A DNA stretch of 64,000 bases from Nageia nagi (taxonomy: Eukaryota; Plantae; Pinophyta). Position 1 is the first letter of the stretch. Each line of letters opens with the position of its first letter. Under the pieces are notes generated by a model. That model did no database searches and was not told the DNA's origin. It saw nothing but the letters and a program-made list of their open reading frames with translations. The position numbers and the translations under genes were made by a program. The stretch spans positions 126,046,001 to 126,110,000 of the forward strand of contig JBITNC010000001.1 of NCBI GenBank assembly GCA_050084985.1, read 5' to 3'. Of this stretch, positions 25,632 to 38,145 are shown in pieces.

Positions 25632-28019
25632 TCACTTTTGAAATCGGTAAAGTCCAATAGAGCGTGGGACTTCGGAGCCCACCACCATAGTTCGTAGTCT
25701 GTCCCATCCACTAACGACAGAGATTGTCACACCAAATCCAATCCCAAATCCCAATGCAAGACCAATCACTGACATGCTTTCATCCACGCTCTCCCATACT
25801 GACCTCCGTGACTCCTCCACAATATGAGCCTTTGCTGGTTTCTGGTTGTTGACTTTGCATCTGGGTAAAGGGCATCCGCATAGACCCTGATTATCCTTGA
25901 ATGCACTCTTGTTGAACGTGCCAAATTGAGTTCCACTGGGTATGGCTCCAAAAAGCCTGTTTGATGAAACATCCAAGTATGCCAACTTGGACAAGGCAGA
26001 AAGCTCCTCGGGAATGCGCTCTGTAAGCTTATTGTGAGACAAATCCAACTGCTCCAAAGTGGAAATTCGCCCAATGGATGGCGGTATCTTCCCTTCTAAT
26101 TGGTTTCTTGAAAGATTTAGCAAGCGCAGGCTGCTAAGGCTTCCTATGCTTGCCGGTATTTCACCTGTGAGATTATTGCAGGACAAGTCAAGTATGGTGT
26201 TTGCTGCCATAACATAATCAATACCGTACTCCTTACCTTTGATAATAACTCTCACATCCTCATAGAGGGTGTTACCACTGAGTCGGGGATCTCCGAGGAT
26301 TCCAAACCCACTAAGACGCTCCAGATGATCGGATATTCTTCCTTGTAATCTATTGTTGGACAAATCCAGCACTTGTAGGTGGGTGAGGTTGGTAATCCAT
26401 GGAGGAATACTGCCTCGAAGCATATTCTTCCCTACAATTAAAACTCGCAAATCCTTAAAATATGCAAGGTACGAAGGAAGCTCACCTGTCAATCTATTTT
26501 TTCTCAAATCCAAAAGCAGGATCTGTGTACAATTGGATAAGGAGGTCGGAAGATTCCCAGACAAATAATTACAATAAGCAGACAAAACTTCCAGAGAAGA
26601 GGGAAAACTTATATCTCTGAGACATCCGTTCAATGAATTGTTCGACAGCTTTAGCTTCTTCAGAGAACTACAGTTGCCAAGTGAAGCTGGAATTCTCCCT
26701 GACAAACGATTATTTTTGAGTATCAAATCTGTCAAACGCTTACAGTTGCCTATCGATTCTGGAATCTTTCCATTGAGCATGTTCTGGGACAAAACTAACT
26801 TTTCCAGTTCAGTGCATTTACCAATATCCTCAGGAATGCTTCCGGTCAACTTGTTATCTGAGATGTCCAAAGACTGCAAGGAGGCCAGACCGCCAATGCT
26901 TTTTGGAATAATCCCAGATATATTGTTTAGGGCAAGATCTAGGTGGCGAAGCTTGGTCAAATTCATCAAGATTTCATTTGTTAGCCTCGCTTCAATACTA
27001 TTATTGTATAAAGAAAGAATGGAAATGGGAAGGCGGGAAATACTTGTAGGGAGCAACCCTTTAACTCTGTTAGATGATAAGTCCAGCAAATGGAGATTGC
27101 TACAATTACCAATTTCGGCTGGAACAGATCCTGCAAGATTCCCGGGACCATGGAGGGATAACACAAATAGCTTTTTTAATTTTCCTAATTCAGGAGGTAT
27201 TTTTCCATACAATAAGTTTTCTCCAAGAACTAATTCTTGGAGGGAAGAACAATTACCAATTGATGAAGGGATTTGGCTTTCTAACCGGTTCGATTGAAGA
27301 TGGAGATGCTTTAGTTTGTCAAGCCTACCAAATTCGGATGGAATGCTTCCTGTCAAGCTGTTGTGACCAAGTGATATGAAATTCAATTCAGAACAATTAG
27401 CTAGACAAGGAGGAATACTCCCACTCAAGTTGTTCAATGAAAGTCTGATCCACTGAAGATGTTTGCAATTAGCTAGAGATTTGGGTATATGACCCATAAG
27501 TAGGTTCTTCTTGAGGTCCAACACCCTGAATGCTTTGAGCTGTCCCAACTGTGGTGGAATATTTCCTGTGAAATAATTGAAGGAGAGATCCAAAGTGTGC
27601 ACTAAGGATAAATCTCCCAAGGAAGGAGAAATTGTACCTTGCAATTGGAGATCGGGGAGAATGATGGCAACCACTCTTTTAGTATGTTTTCTGCACCAAA
27701 CACCCTTCCACGAGCACACCTCATTCGAATTGTTTGCAGTCCAAGTGGAGAGCGCTTGCTGTGGATCCGACTTAATGGTGTTTCGGAAGGACAGGAGAGC
27801 TTCAATGTCTCTCGTCTCGCCCGAACTGACTTCTGAAATCAGCATACGCTCATTTTGGATAGAAAAGCTTCCAAAATATGTAGGGTTTGCAGTGTTCGTA
27901 TCAGTTATTGCAAACGCCATAGGATAAGCTAAGCCCAGCAACATCATCATTATCAATACACCACCCATTTTCCTCCTTGCCATTTTTAGATGTGGAAACA
28001 TGCTAAGAGATCTCGACAT
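25632..28019 (-). CDS. Leucine-rich-repeat receptor-like protein (LRR-RLP), single exon, 795 aa
   Basis: Uninterrupted ORF. It has a hydrophobic signal peptide (the true start may be a downstream Met), an LRRNT with CSWKGVWC, about 19 plant-type LxxLxLxxNxLxGxIP repeats, an island domain (TLYEDVRVIIKGKEYGIDY), 4 further LRRs, a TQFGTF...NQGLCGCPLPRC C-cap, an acidic juxtamembrane segment, a TM with GLALGFGIGFG and a short tail ending GLYRFQK. No kinase domain. Confidence 0.96.
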   Translation of the reverse strand: MSRSLSMFPHLKMARRKMGGVLIMMMLLGLAYPMAFAITDTNTANPTYFGSFSIQNERMLISEVSSGETRDIEALLSFRNTIKSDPQQALSTWTANNSNEVCSWKGVWCRKHTKRVVAIILPDLQLQGTISPSLGDLSLVHTLDLSFNYFTGNIPPQLGQLKAFRVLDLKKNLLMGHIPKSLANCKHLQWIRLSLNNLSGSIPPCLANCSELNFISLGHNSLTGSIPSEFGRLDKLKHLHLQSNRLESQIPSSIGNCSSLQELVLGENLLYGKIPPELGKLKKLFVLSLHGPGNLAGSVPAEIGNCSNLHLLDLSSNRVKGLLPTSISRLPISILSLYNNSIEARLTNEILMNLTKLRHLDLALNNISGIIPKSIGGLASLQSLDISDNKLTGSIPEDIGKCTELEKLVLSQNMLNGKIPESIGNCKRLTDLILKNNRLSGRIPASLGNCSSLKKLKLSNNSLNGCLRDISFPSSLEVLSAYCNYLSGNLPTSLSNCTQILLLDLRKNRLTGELPSYLAYFKDLRVLIVGKNMLRGSIPPWITNLTHLQVLDLSNNRLQGRISDHLERLSGFGILGDPRLSGNTLYEDVRVIIKGKEYGIDYVMAANTILDLSCNNLTGEIPASIGSLSSLRLLNLSRNQLEGKIPPSIGRISTLEQLDLSHNKLTERIPEELSALSKLAYLDVSSNRLFGAIPSGTQFGTFNKSAFKDNQGLCGCPLPRCKVNNQKPAKAHIVEESRRSVWESVDESMSVIGLALGFGIGFGVTISVVSGWDRLRTMVVGSEVPRSIGLYRFQK

Positions 28020-28027
28020 TTAAAGGA

Positions 28028-28150
28028 TGTCTGAAGTTGGAGAAAAATTTAAAATTTTTATTTAGACCACTGAAATTCGTTGGTTTTCATATTTTTCCGG
28101 AGTCCAGTCTTTCCTAAATCGCCGAATTGACCGGGTAGAGGTAGGCGGTC
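28028..28150. promoter_or_regulatory. Proximal upstream block of the RLP with W-box TTGACC (28127-28132); duplicated at 29643-29775
   Basis: The 31-bp core CTAAATCGCCGAATTGACCGGGTAGAGGTAG at 28114-28144 is identical to 29729-29759. Confidence 0.6.
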
Positions 28151-29642
28151 CAAGGATGATTCCGTCCAAGGAGACGAAAGTATTACGAAGTGGTGGTTGT
28201 TTGAAGTGTTTATGTGTATTGTTTGAAAAAAATAAGGAACTGTGGAAGATAAAAAAAAATAAAAAATTAAAAGGTATATGTTTTGCAGGTTTTTTTTTTA
28301 AAAAGTGTGTGAGACCTCCTCCCGAACGCACTGTTGGAGGAGCATTATTATCCAATGAATGACATGTTGCACATGTGATCTAAAGATTCCATAACTTTAG
28401 TTGTTGATGAAGAGTTTGGTAGGAAAATGATCGCTTAAGAGAAAGCGCGACAGATGGAATCCAAGAATGTTCGTGTGAGTATTGTTGGTGATACAGTATG
28501 CTGATTGGAGGCAACGCGTATGCCCATCTATTTCTGTTCCTGCTAACATAGGTTTTGATTGTAGGGCATACATGTGATATGAAGAGGATTTTGAAATGAA
28601 AGACATTATGATTTAAAGTTTTTTTCTTTTCTTTTCATTGATATTATTGTTAACATTTTTTATTTTTGAAGCAAAATTAATTTTATCTTTGAAGCAATTT
28701 TACAATACATTGTAATTGTGAGTTTATGTATGTGTGAACTGAAGAAGATATAATATAGGTATTTTTGGAGAATTTTGAAATTATATAAAATAATTAAACA
28801 AGCATAAAAAGATTAAGGATATTTCACATTTATTCAATATTTACATTTAAAATTGATTTACAATTTTTATATTGTATTTTCCACATTGTCATGGTAAACA
28901 CTTGATCTATTCCAAAAGTTTTACAATAGCCTCTCGAAATTATGCTTCCTCGTCTTTCTTTCATAATAATCATTCAGTAATAATTGAAATAAAAATTCTA
29001 ATTTTGCAACAGAAGAAGAAGGAAAAACAACTTCAAAGAAAGAAACCTAGGTAAATATTATCCATTAAAAAAAAACCAACAAATTAGGATTCAATTTTTC
29101 AACAAAAACACAAATAAAAATAATTTCTTGTTTTCAATTTGAGTTATGGGTATCACTTAAGAATCGAGAAGAGTAAAGCATAATGTGGATCTCAACTTAC
29201 ATGCTTGAGAAGGTAAATCCAACAACCACAGCATTGGAAAAAATAATTCAACCTTGTCATATTTAAACAATGAGATCTTTCTTAATACATATATATACAC
29301 AGTACTTAACATATGATTCAAGAACAAGGTATCTCAAATTACTTCTTAATGCTAATAGTGATCTTCCATGCATGCAATATAGCAAAAAACATAAAATTTG
29401 ATGTTATAAGTACCATATACCCAAAATTATTAATCATACATAAAATTCCAATTACTAATACTAACAGAAAAAAATTGATAGATAAATTTTGAAATCAATC
29501 TTCAAATGAGAATTTAAAAAATAATTTTACCCTTCCTTATTGACGGGTATTTATTTTTTTCACTTTTCAAATGATAAGTAATTTTCAGTAAGCCTTTCTA
29601 ATAAAATAGTCTATGAAAGACAGTGACGGGTTAAATTTTTAT

Positions 29643-29775
29643 CTGTCTAAAGTTTAAAAAAAAATTAAAATTTTTATTTAGTCAACTAAAATTCATTAGT
29701 TTTCATACTTATACAAATCCAGTCTTTTCTAAATCGCCGAATTGACCGGGTAGAGGTAGAAAGCATCGCGGTCCA
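29643..29775. promoter_or_regulatory. Distal duplicate of the RLP upstream block (W-box at 29742-29747)
   Basis: Direct-orientation copy of 28028-28150 with diverged flanks and a perfect 31-bp core. TGACG motifs lie nearby at ~29541, ~29625 and ~29951. Confidence 0.55.
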
Positions 29776-31649
29776 TATTTGCGTAGAACTTTAGCATATG
29801 GTGCAAGTCGAGCAACATTCATACGTTGGAAAGGATGGTAAGTAATACATTCTTTTATTCATACCGTCTATCGTTTCATTCTTACACGATTAAAGCGGCA
29901 AGGTCGGTGACAACCTCGTTGGTAACGATAGGATATATTATTGTATACATTGACGTGAGGAAAGAGAGGTACGTAATTTTTAATGGTTCACATTAAGTTT
30001 TCGTTCTTATGTTTATTGTCACATTTCTATACTTTTAAAGATGGTATGTTATTTTTAAATTTGATGTTTCAAATCATTTCTATTTTGATGGAGTTTTGGA
30101 ATCATCATTTATTAGTTAAAACTATATGTTTTTATTTTGTATTTGTTGTTATATGTTTCAATTCATTTATATTTTAGTGGAATTTTAGATTTATTATTTT
30201 ATTTAGTTTTTCAATTTATTACTTGAAGATGTGAACTTGGATTTTATATAAAATATGAATCTAAAGATTTGTTAAGATGATAGTATGATGAAAATAAATC
30301 TATATATAATTTTAACTTGAAATTTAATATAAAATAAATATAATTAAATTAAATATTAAATTTAGTAAAGTAGCAAATTTAAATATGTACAATTATAATC
30401 GTAAATAATTATCTTTCATATTGAACTTTGTAAATAGTTATGCATTGAAACATTATATAAATACATAAATGTTTATAAGTTAAAAATTATAGCATTATGT
30501 AAATTGTAATTACACCGAGATGCATTCCTCAATGGTAATCGGGAGGTAGGGAGAGCTTGAATGTTGCATCATTTGCCTGGTGTAAACATTTGACTAAAAT
30601 TTTTAATTTTATTAAAATTTTAACATAAATTCAAATATATTAATATTTAAAAAATAACCTCTAATAAGGAAAAGGAAAAATATAATATTAAATTTTAAAT
30701 TTACAATTATTTAATTTTAGGATGTCACTTTTAAATTTTATCAATATATATTTTTAAAATTTGAAACCATAATATTAATGAAACCAAAAGATTTACCTTT
30801 TAACTCAAACGGAATCCAAACAACTTGGTTGGTGGGGTCCAGCTCCTATGTGACAATGTGAGGTTGCCCCCTTGGGGAAATAATTATGATAGCTCCCCTC
30901 TTTCCATGTTCATGATTCATGATATGCATAGTACCTCTGAGTGAAAGCGAGTTACAAACAAATTCATGTCTAGTTTTAGCTATTATAACTTCCTAAAGAT
31001 ACAACACAACTCAACTACTCACATGGTAGGAAATCAAATCTTAATCATCGTGAACTCTATATTTTTAGACTGGGTATGAAAACCCTCTCATATTCCACAA
31101 GATAATAATAATTGAGAACTATTAAGGTGCAAATGATACTTTGTGTCCATAACATCCTCTATATCCCCTAAGTCACCTAGGGATTCAAATGCATTAACTA
31201 ACTATGGAATGAATGCTTCATTCTATTTTCTTTTATGTAGAGTAAAATCCTCAGGATGAGGGTTTTGGAATATTATACCATTATATCTTTTAGGTGGAAA
31301 AATAAAGCTAGAGCCTATGACCATGCTCCCTAAAGTATGATAATTGAAAACTACTAAGGCATAGCTTGGCAGCTTTATACCAAACACCCCATCTTGGGTG
31401 GAAGGAGTTACTTCAGGTTGAGTGAAAGGACCTAGGTGAGCTTTTATGGGTACCAAAATTTAGGACTTACCATTTGATTGATGGTTTTTTCTATTATTTA
31501 CTAGGTACCATCCATTATGATTATTCTTACTACCTTGTGTTCCATTTCCTTTACTATTACTCTAAGAAGCTTGACTATTTTCTCTAACAATGTTACTTTG
31601 AGCATTTTGATCATTAATTATAGGAGATAGATTTTGCTAAAATCTATCA

Positions 31650-32200
31650 TCCATAAGTGTACATTCCTTAATGTTATGGTTTGAGGATTGATAATGAAAA
31701 TAAATATTTGTGATGCCTATGTACTAAATCCTCTGACAAAGCATCTTATCCTTGATTTCAATGCCAACAAACTCAAGTAAATATTTAGTAAGATTAACCT
31801 TGATGCAAATACGTCTAGATGATCTTGCTGTAAAGAATTTTGATTTCTCAAAGAAAACATACTTGCCTAAAGGTTCAACTATGTTATGTAGAAAACACCA
31901 TAAGGTATGGGAAGAATTGAAATCTCCACCCATACAAAGACTTCAATTGAGGCATTTTATCCATCATAAAATCCTTATTATATTCTTGCAGAATCATAAG
32001 TGACTTTTTAATAGACCAAGTACCTTGAGAAAGTTTTTTTTTGGTATGTCCTTCTTTAGAAAAGATAAACAAAAATTAGCCTTTTATAAGATTTTGGATA
32101 GAATTGACAACGACACCTTGGGGATGCTAGACTTGGTTGACCTAAGATCTTAATAGAGTATCATTTGAGATTCGGCCCATGAAATAACCAATAACAGTAT
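31650..32200 (-). mobile_element. Degenerate LINE ORF1 remnant (DUF4283 + zinc knuckle)
   Basis: Minus-strand peptides LSQGTWSIKKSLMILQEY, VWVEIS, RRICIKVNLTK and QRI*YIGITNIYFHYQSSNHNIKECT fit LINE ORF1 with a decayed CX2CX4HX4C knuckle. Confidence 0.6.
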
Positions 32201-33047
32201 GCTTCTTATACCAATTATATGTAGACTAAAAAAAGTATCAATAAGAATTGAAACCTTAGCAATACAACTGTTACCTTGTGGAACACCTCTGAAGTAAATT
32301 TTTTGGGTCTCTTTTCTAGTACCAATGTTTACATTCCTTGCTTCAATGGATCCAAAATTCCTTGGACTAGCCATCCAAGCATTGATTATAATAGATGTTG
32401 GACTATTCCCAAGATGGAGTTATTCTATGATAAATCATTCATAGTATTCTCATAATTAATTATGATATGATGATGGTAATACTCTAAGCTTGAATCTGTA
32501 ACTATGCAATAAAATTCTATTAGTGAAACATAATAACTATCCTTGTATTTTTTGATCTCTAGGATTTATTTTTACTATTTTAAGATTCTACATGTTATTT
32601 GACCTAACCTTAATTTTTAAGATCTAAAATTTGAGTTGAGGTTATAAACACTTCTATAGAAAATTTTCAATAATATTCATAATCTAATACAAACATACCA
32701 ATGAGTATAATAAATCCATCTATTGAACAAACAAAATAATGTTTGCTTCATAAAATACAAAATGAGAATATATTCTTCACTAAAGTACATGTGTCAATGT
32801 ATTCATACGAATTATTAACAAGACTTAAGGTTATTACTTTACTAATAACTTAAGAATTGGTATTCACAACATAATAATAATTATTATCAATTAGCTATTA
32901 TCATGCTACATAAACAAAACCTTAGTTAAATAAGAGTCACCATAAGAATCTTCACAATTAGTGATCACCTTAATAATATTCCTGAAGGTCAACATAACAC
33001 ACCTACTCAATATGGCCTTGATCATTAAGATGGGGAATTATATTTAG

Positions 33048-33270
33048 CATGAGTAGATTTATATAACTTTTATCATATGAGATATCATAGAGGTAAAAGT
33101 GATAAAATAAAAAAGGTTAAAATGATAGACTGAAATTTTATGTTTTATAAAATTATTTTAACATGAATAGATGTATATAACTTCTATCATATGAGATATG
33201 ATAGGGGTAAAAATGATAACATGAAAAAGGTTAAAATGTTAGACTAAAATGTTATTTTTATATAATTATC
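33048..33270. repeat. Two-copy tandem duplication, unit ~114 bp
   Basis: CATGA.TAGAT.TATATAACTT.TATCATATGAGATAT.ATAG.GGTAAAA.TGATAA...AAAAAGGTTAAAATG.TAGACT occurs at 33048 and 33162. Confidence 0.85.
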
Positions 33271-34778
33271 AAATTAACAAAAAAATGGTTAACCCAACAA
33301 TCCTTAAGCCTACCTTTGCATGATGTCCCTAAGAATAACTTAAATTCTTGATTGGGTACAAACCCAAAATAATAAGTGGTATCAAGAGATATCATTTAAT
33401 GATACCTATGGCATTCATCTCCTTACATTTATCAACAAAACATAAGGGAATGTGATTGAAATATATTATAAGATAATTGCATTTAATTCTATAATTCTTG
33501 AATAATTCACTATATAAACTTACTTTTATTTTTCAATATATTGTACCAATTGCATCCTCTCTTCTTTGCAATGCATCTTTAATTATCCCATGTTTATCTG
33601 ATGAAATATTCCATAATACTTTATTAGTAGGCCTCCCTTTATATCTATAGAGTTTTATATTTGTTGCTATTACCAAATGTGAGTAATGTATAATGTTCTT
33701 ATGTGTTTCATAATGTTCAAATGCATGTAAACCATTATTTCTTATAAGATATTTTTGTAGCCATATGCTAACAACCACAATAAAACCATTTGGATAATGA
33801 AATCCATAATTATCAAAATTTAGAAAAAATGGTAGATAGAAAGAAACATAGGGAGTTTAATAAGCTATTGAGAAAGATACATATATATGAACCTACTAGA
33901 TAGTGAAGTCCATCATTATCACATCAAGGTTAAGTTAACTTCTCTATTTTATGAACACATGAAGCTAGCCAATAACAGCATACACATGTCCTACGAATAA
34001 AATTTATAGATCAATAAATTATGACATATAAAACTAACAAAGTTATATGTCCTATAAATAAAATTTGAATGTTCTCATCTTCAATTTCCATAGAATTTGA
34101 TGCTTCATAATTCTTTAATTCATTTAAAAGTGTTGTTCTATTTTTTTCATTTTACATCCCCCCTCTTTACTTATATTTTTTCAACTATCATGTCCCTCCC
34201 ATCTTTCCTTTATTAATATCTCTTTGATCCCATGACCTCTTTTTTAAGATGTCCTTGCTTTGAAATTATCATAATTATAAAAAATAAATAGAAAATCATG
34301 AAAATTAATAGAAAGTTATAGAAAAAGTTGCACTTATGCATAAAATATTAAAGTATTTACATGAATTAAAAAATGGGAAATGATTCTATGTGTGATAACT
34401 ATATAATAAGGGTTGGGATCCTAGGTTGGCATCCCTAAGGTCAAGATCTCAACCCTTGAGAACTTGAACCCTAAATTTAAATTTCAAACTTAGCCACTTA
34501 GGTTTAGTCAACTAACCCTTGGCATTAGACCTTCAACTTCAAGGTCATAACAATGGCAATGAACTTTACCATCTTTGGACATGTATTTGATGATGTTTTT
34601 CAAAGAATTTTTTCATGAAAGTTTGTAAGATTACAAATGAGAGAGTGTAGGTTTAAAATATACTATTTTTTAAATTTGATTAGATTTTCTATTTTAAATA
34701 TAATTTTGAATGAACAAGGATCCATAAACTTTAAAAAATAGGGTTTTCTATTTGTAACTATTTTTTTAGAATTGTGAA

Positions 34779-34784
<6 letters not shown>

Positions 34785-34858
<74 letters not shown>
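34785..34858. repeat. Compound microsatellite (AT)15(GT)22
   Basis: Read directly from the sequence. Confidence 0.97.
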
Positions 34859-34861
<3 letters not shown>

Positions 34862-34869
34862 TGCATAAT

Positions 34870-35349
34870 TTGCATACAATTCTCTATAAGTTAAAAAAAA
34901 ATTAAAAATTGATATGTTTACGTTAAGTTATGCTTAATGGACATGACCATTCTTTGAAGCAATATTTAGAGCCAATAAAAAATTAATAAAAAAACTCATG
35001 AAAAATTATAAAAAAATATCATGCACAATATTTAATGTCTTAGGTATCTTTACCCAATAGGATTGAACAAAATATTTTAATTTAGGTCCAATAATGCGTA
35101 ACAAACATGATGAGGGTGTGTTCCTAACATGCTTATAAAAAATTTATTTATATGATATGGGTTTTAGAATAAATTACATATTTGAAAAATAGACTTCGAG
35201 CATAGGTACATTTTTATGATAGAGATCTTTTTTAATATCCAAACTCTAAGTGCTTCAAATTTTGAGATCAAGTATGAGTAGAATTGAAAATCAATGAAAA
35301 CACTTCTACTTTTTGGCCAAACATGGGATTCATCCTCTTGCACTTACTC
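34870..35349 (-). mobile_element. Inverted, diverged member of the MITE family at 59193-59797
   Basis: Reverse-complement matches include TCATGAAAAATTATAAAAAAAT, ATTTAGGTCC, AAATTACATATTT.AAAA.TAGACTT and CTAAGT.CTTCAAATTTT.AGAT.AAGT.TGA. The end TTCATCCTCTTGCACTTACTC is TIR-like. The left boundary is uncertain. Confidence 0.65.
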
Positions 35350-37645
35350 ATAAGTCTTCTTCTTTGTGTCAATATTACCCCCATGCCATACTCATTAGTA
35401 TTAGTCTCTATCTCAAATGGTTGCAGCAAATTTGGTAATATCAAAATAGGTGCATTACTGATCTTTTGTTTTAGTAAGTCAAAAGAAGTTTGTTATTTCT
35501 TTTCCCATACAAAACCTTTTTTCTTTACTCTTGTAATATCAAATAATGATGAGACAATATAAGAGAAATCAATAATAAAATTTCTAAGGTTTTAGTAACA
35601 AAAGTTATCCTCTTTCTCACATAGCTAAACCTTTTTTAAGCATTTACTCTTTAATAAAAATGTCATTTATAAATTTGTAACACTCCTATACTAGAATCTT
35701 CCAAGTACCTACATTTTCCTCCACCATTGGCATGTCCTAAGACCACCAAGGTTGTTTTACACAAAATCATTTACTTTCTTTTAATAAGAAATGTCATTTT
35801 AGTAAAGTTTGTAACACCTTCTCTAATACCTAGTAAATTTTTCTTTCCAAGTACAACTATATGATCAAAATATCATCAAGATATAGTCTAAGAACATCAT
35901 TTAGACCCTCATGAAGGTGGCAGGTGCATTACACAACCCAAAAGTAAATTATACCATTCATATAGACCTATTGTCTAGTCTTGAAAGTAGTCTTCCAAAT
36001 ATCTTCCTCTTTGATTCTTACTTAATGATACTTACTTCATTAGTCTAATTGGTAAATCAAGTAATAATTGGATCTCATATTGAATGTCCTACAATGGTTG
36101 TAATCCATTTCTAAAAATACACTTTGAAACTCTTACTATTTCAAGATTAGAATAGGTTTTTAGTGTCATGCATTTCATAAAACTATCTTATGCAAGTCTA
36201 AACCATGATAAGCATAAATTTCTTATTGATGCTAATCAACATTTAATAGTTTAAAGTTATGAATATGGAATAGATCTTCCATCTTTTAATTAGTCTATAA
36301 CTAATTTTTCTTCAATAATAAATATCACCCTCTTTCCCACAATTATGAATTGCCAGAAAATTACATCACAAATATAAAGAGTATGACATCCAAAATGACT
36401 TCATTAATAAAATTAGATGAAATAGTAAAATTTAATTTAGATTATTTATTATTTGCAACTTAGAATCATTTTGAGTTCAACCTAAAGGGTTGGATAAGGA
36501 TGCTTTTCTATATTTAATCCCAACTTTTGCAACAAACTTTTAGTAATCATATTTTCTTGAGAACCAAATCTACAATAGAATCAATATCTTTATCCATATG
36601 ATTGATCTTAACATGGAATAGTGATGTCCTCTTCTCCTGAACATTTACTATTTTCAACTTCATGGAATGCACAAACTTAAGTTTTTTTCCAAAATGTACA
36701 CTATCCTCAATATCCTCACTCTTTCTAGACAAAATTACACCATAAATATCAAGATGTAGCACATTCAAAATGATTTCATCAATAAAATTAGAGGAAATAG
36801 TGAAATTCAACTTACATTTCTTCTTTATTTGTAGCTTAGCATCATTTTGAGTTCAACCCAATGGGTTGGCTAAGGATGCTTCTTTATATTCAATCCTAAA
36901 TTTTATATAGAAATTTTAACAATCATATTTTCTTGAGAACTATGATCTACAATAAAATCAATATTTTTCTCTTTGATTGGATCTTGACATGGAATGATGA
37001 TGTCCTCTTCTCTTAAACAAGTTTACTATTTCCAATTTCATGGACTACTACAAAGTTAAGGTTTTTATCTAAAACATCCACTCTCCTTAATATCCTCACT
37101 ATTAGTAACCATTATATTCTTCTTATCTAGATTCTACTTTTTATATGGGTACAACTCAGGATGAAGCTTCAAACACTTGTTATCTACATGTCGATCTTTA
37201 TCATAATGTAAAAAATATTTTATATCATCTCCATTCTTTGATGTATTTATATTTTTATTTACTTTCTACTTCATTTTAGCTTTCTTTTGAGATGTACTAC
37301 CTTCTTAGTTCCCCTTATTATTTGAATTCTTCTCAGAGTTATCAAAATATTAGTTATGTATCCCATCTTCTTCCAAATACTATTCTTGAATACAAACTTG
37401 CTCAAAATTAGTAGTATCAGACAACATCATCAACTTTTACAAATGAATATACAAACCTCTAATGAACTTCATCAAAATTTGAGGATCCTTAAGAGAAATC
37501 ACTAGAAAATTTATTTACCTTATAAATTTGGTAGTGTAATCTTGGATTGATTCTCTTATTTGTTGACAAAGAAATTTTTATTTTATAAGTTTCTTATATC
37601 GATGACCTAAAGGATAGAAATAATGTTAGTATCACATATCCTAAC

Positions 37646-38145
37646 TGAAGGAGTTGCAATATAACATAAACAACCTTAAACTACCAAGATCACATGAAAT
37701 ATTAATCTCACATCTAAATAACTCAAGTAAGATAATCTCACAAAGATAACTCAAGAGATAAAGTGGTTCCTCCAACTAGGAGTACATCCACTAACTAGAT
37801 CTTACTTCATTCATAAATATTAAACTCTTACAATTCTCTTAATCTCATCTCTTAAACACTATTCTATAGCATAAATTTACTTTAGAAACTGGTGTGTGAT
37901 CACAAAGAGAGATTTCTATTTATAGGTCAAAATCCCTCTTTAGATCACCCTTTTTATCCAATGCACAAAATATGACATGCAACTCCCTTTTACCTAAGGG
38001 GCATGCTTATGACATGGAGTGTAGGAAAAGTTAAATTATCATATTCACTTAAATACTTAAGGTATCTATTGATACCATGAAGTATTAGTAATATTACAAA
38101 GATAATTAATACTAAACCTTTACTAATGCATTATACATTCCAATA
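37646..38145 (-). repeat. 3' LTR of the copia element (500 bp)
   Basis: Aligns end to end with 45204-45707 and is adjacent to the PPT. Confidence 0.9.

Noticed and set aside
26353-27927. Plus-strand ORFs antisense to the RLP (e.g. 219 aa at 26638-27297)
   Set aside because: Typical shadow ORFs produced by LRR codon periodicity; no independent protein features.
33533-33778. 81-aa ORF as a possible DNA-transposase fragment
   Set aside because: No catalytic motif could be recognised.
34663-34875. ORF with HTHTHT/IYIYIY runs (similarly 56246-56500)
   Set aside because: Translations of microsatellites.
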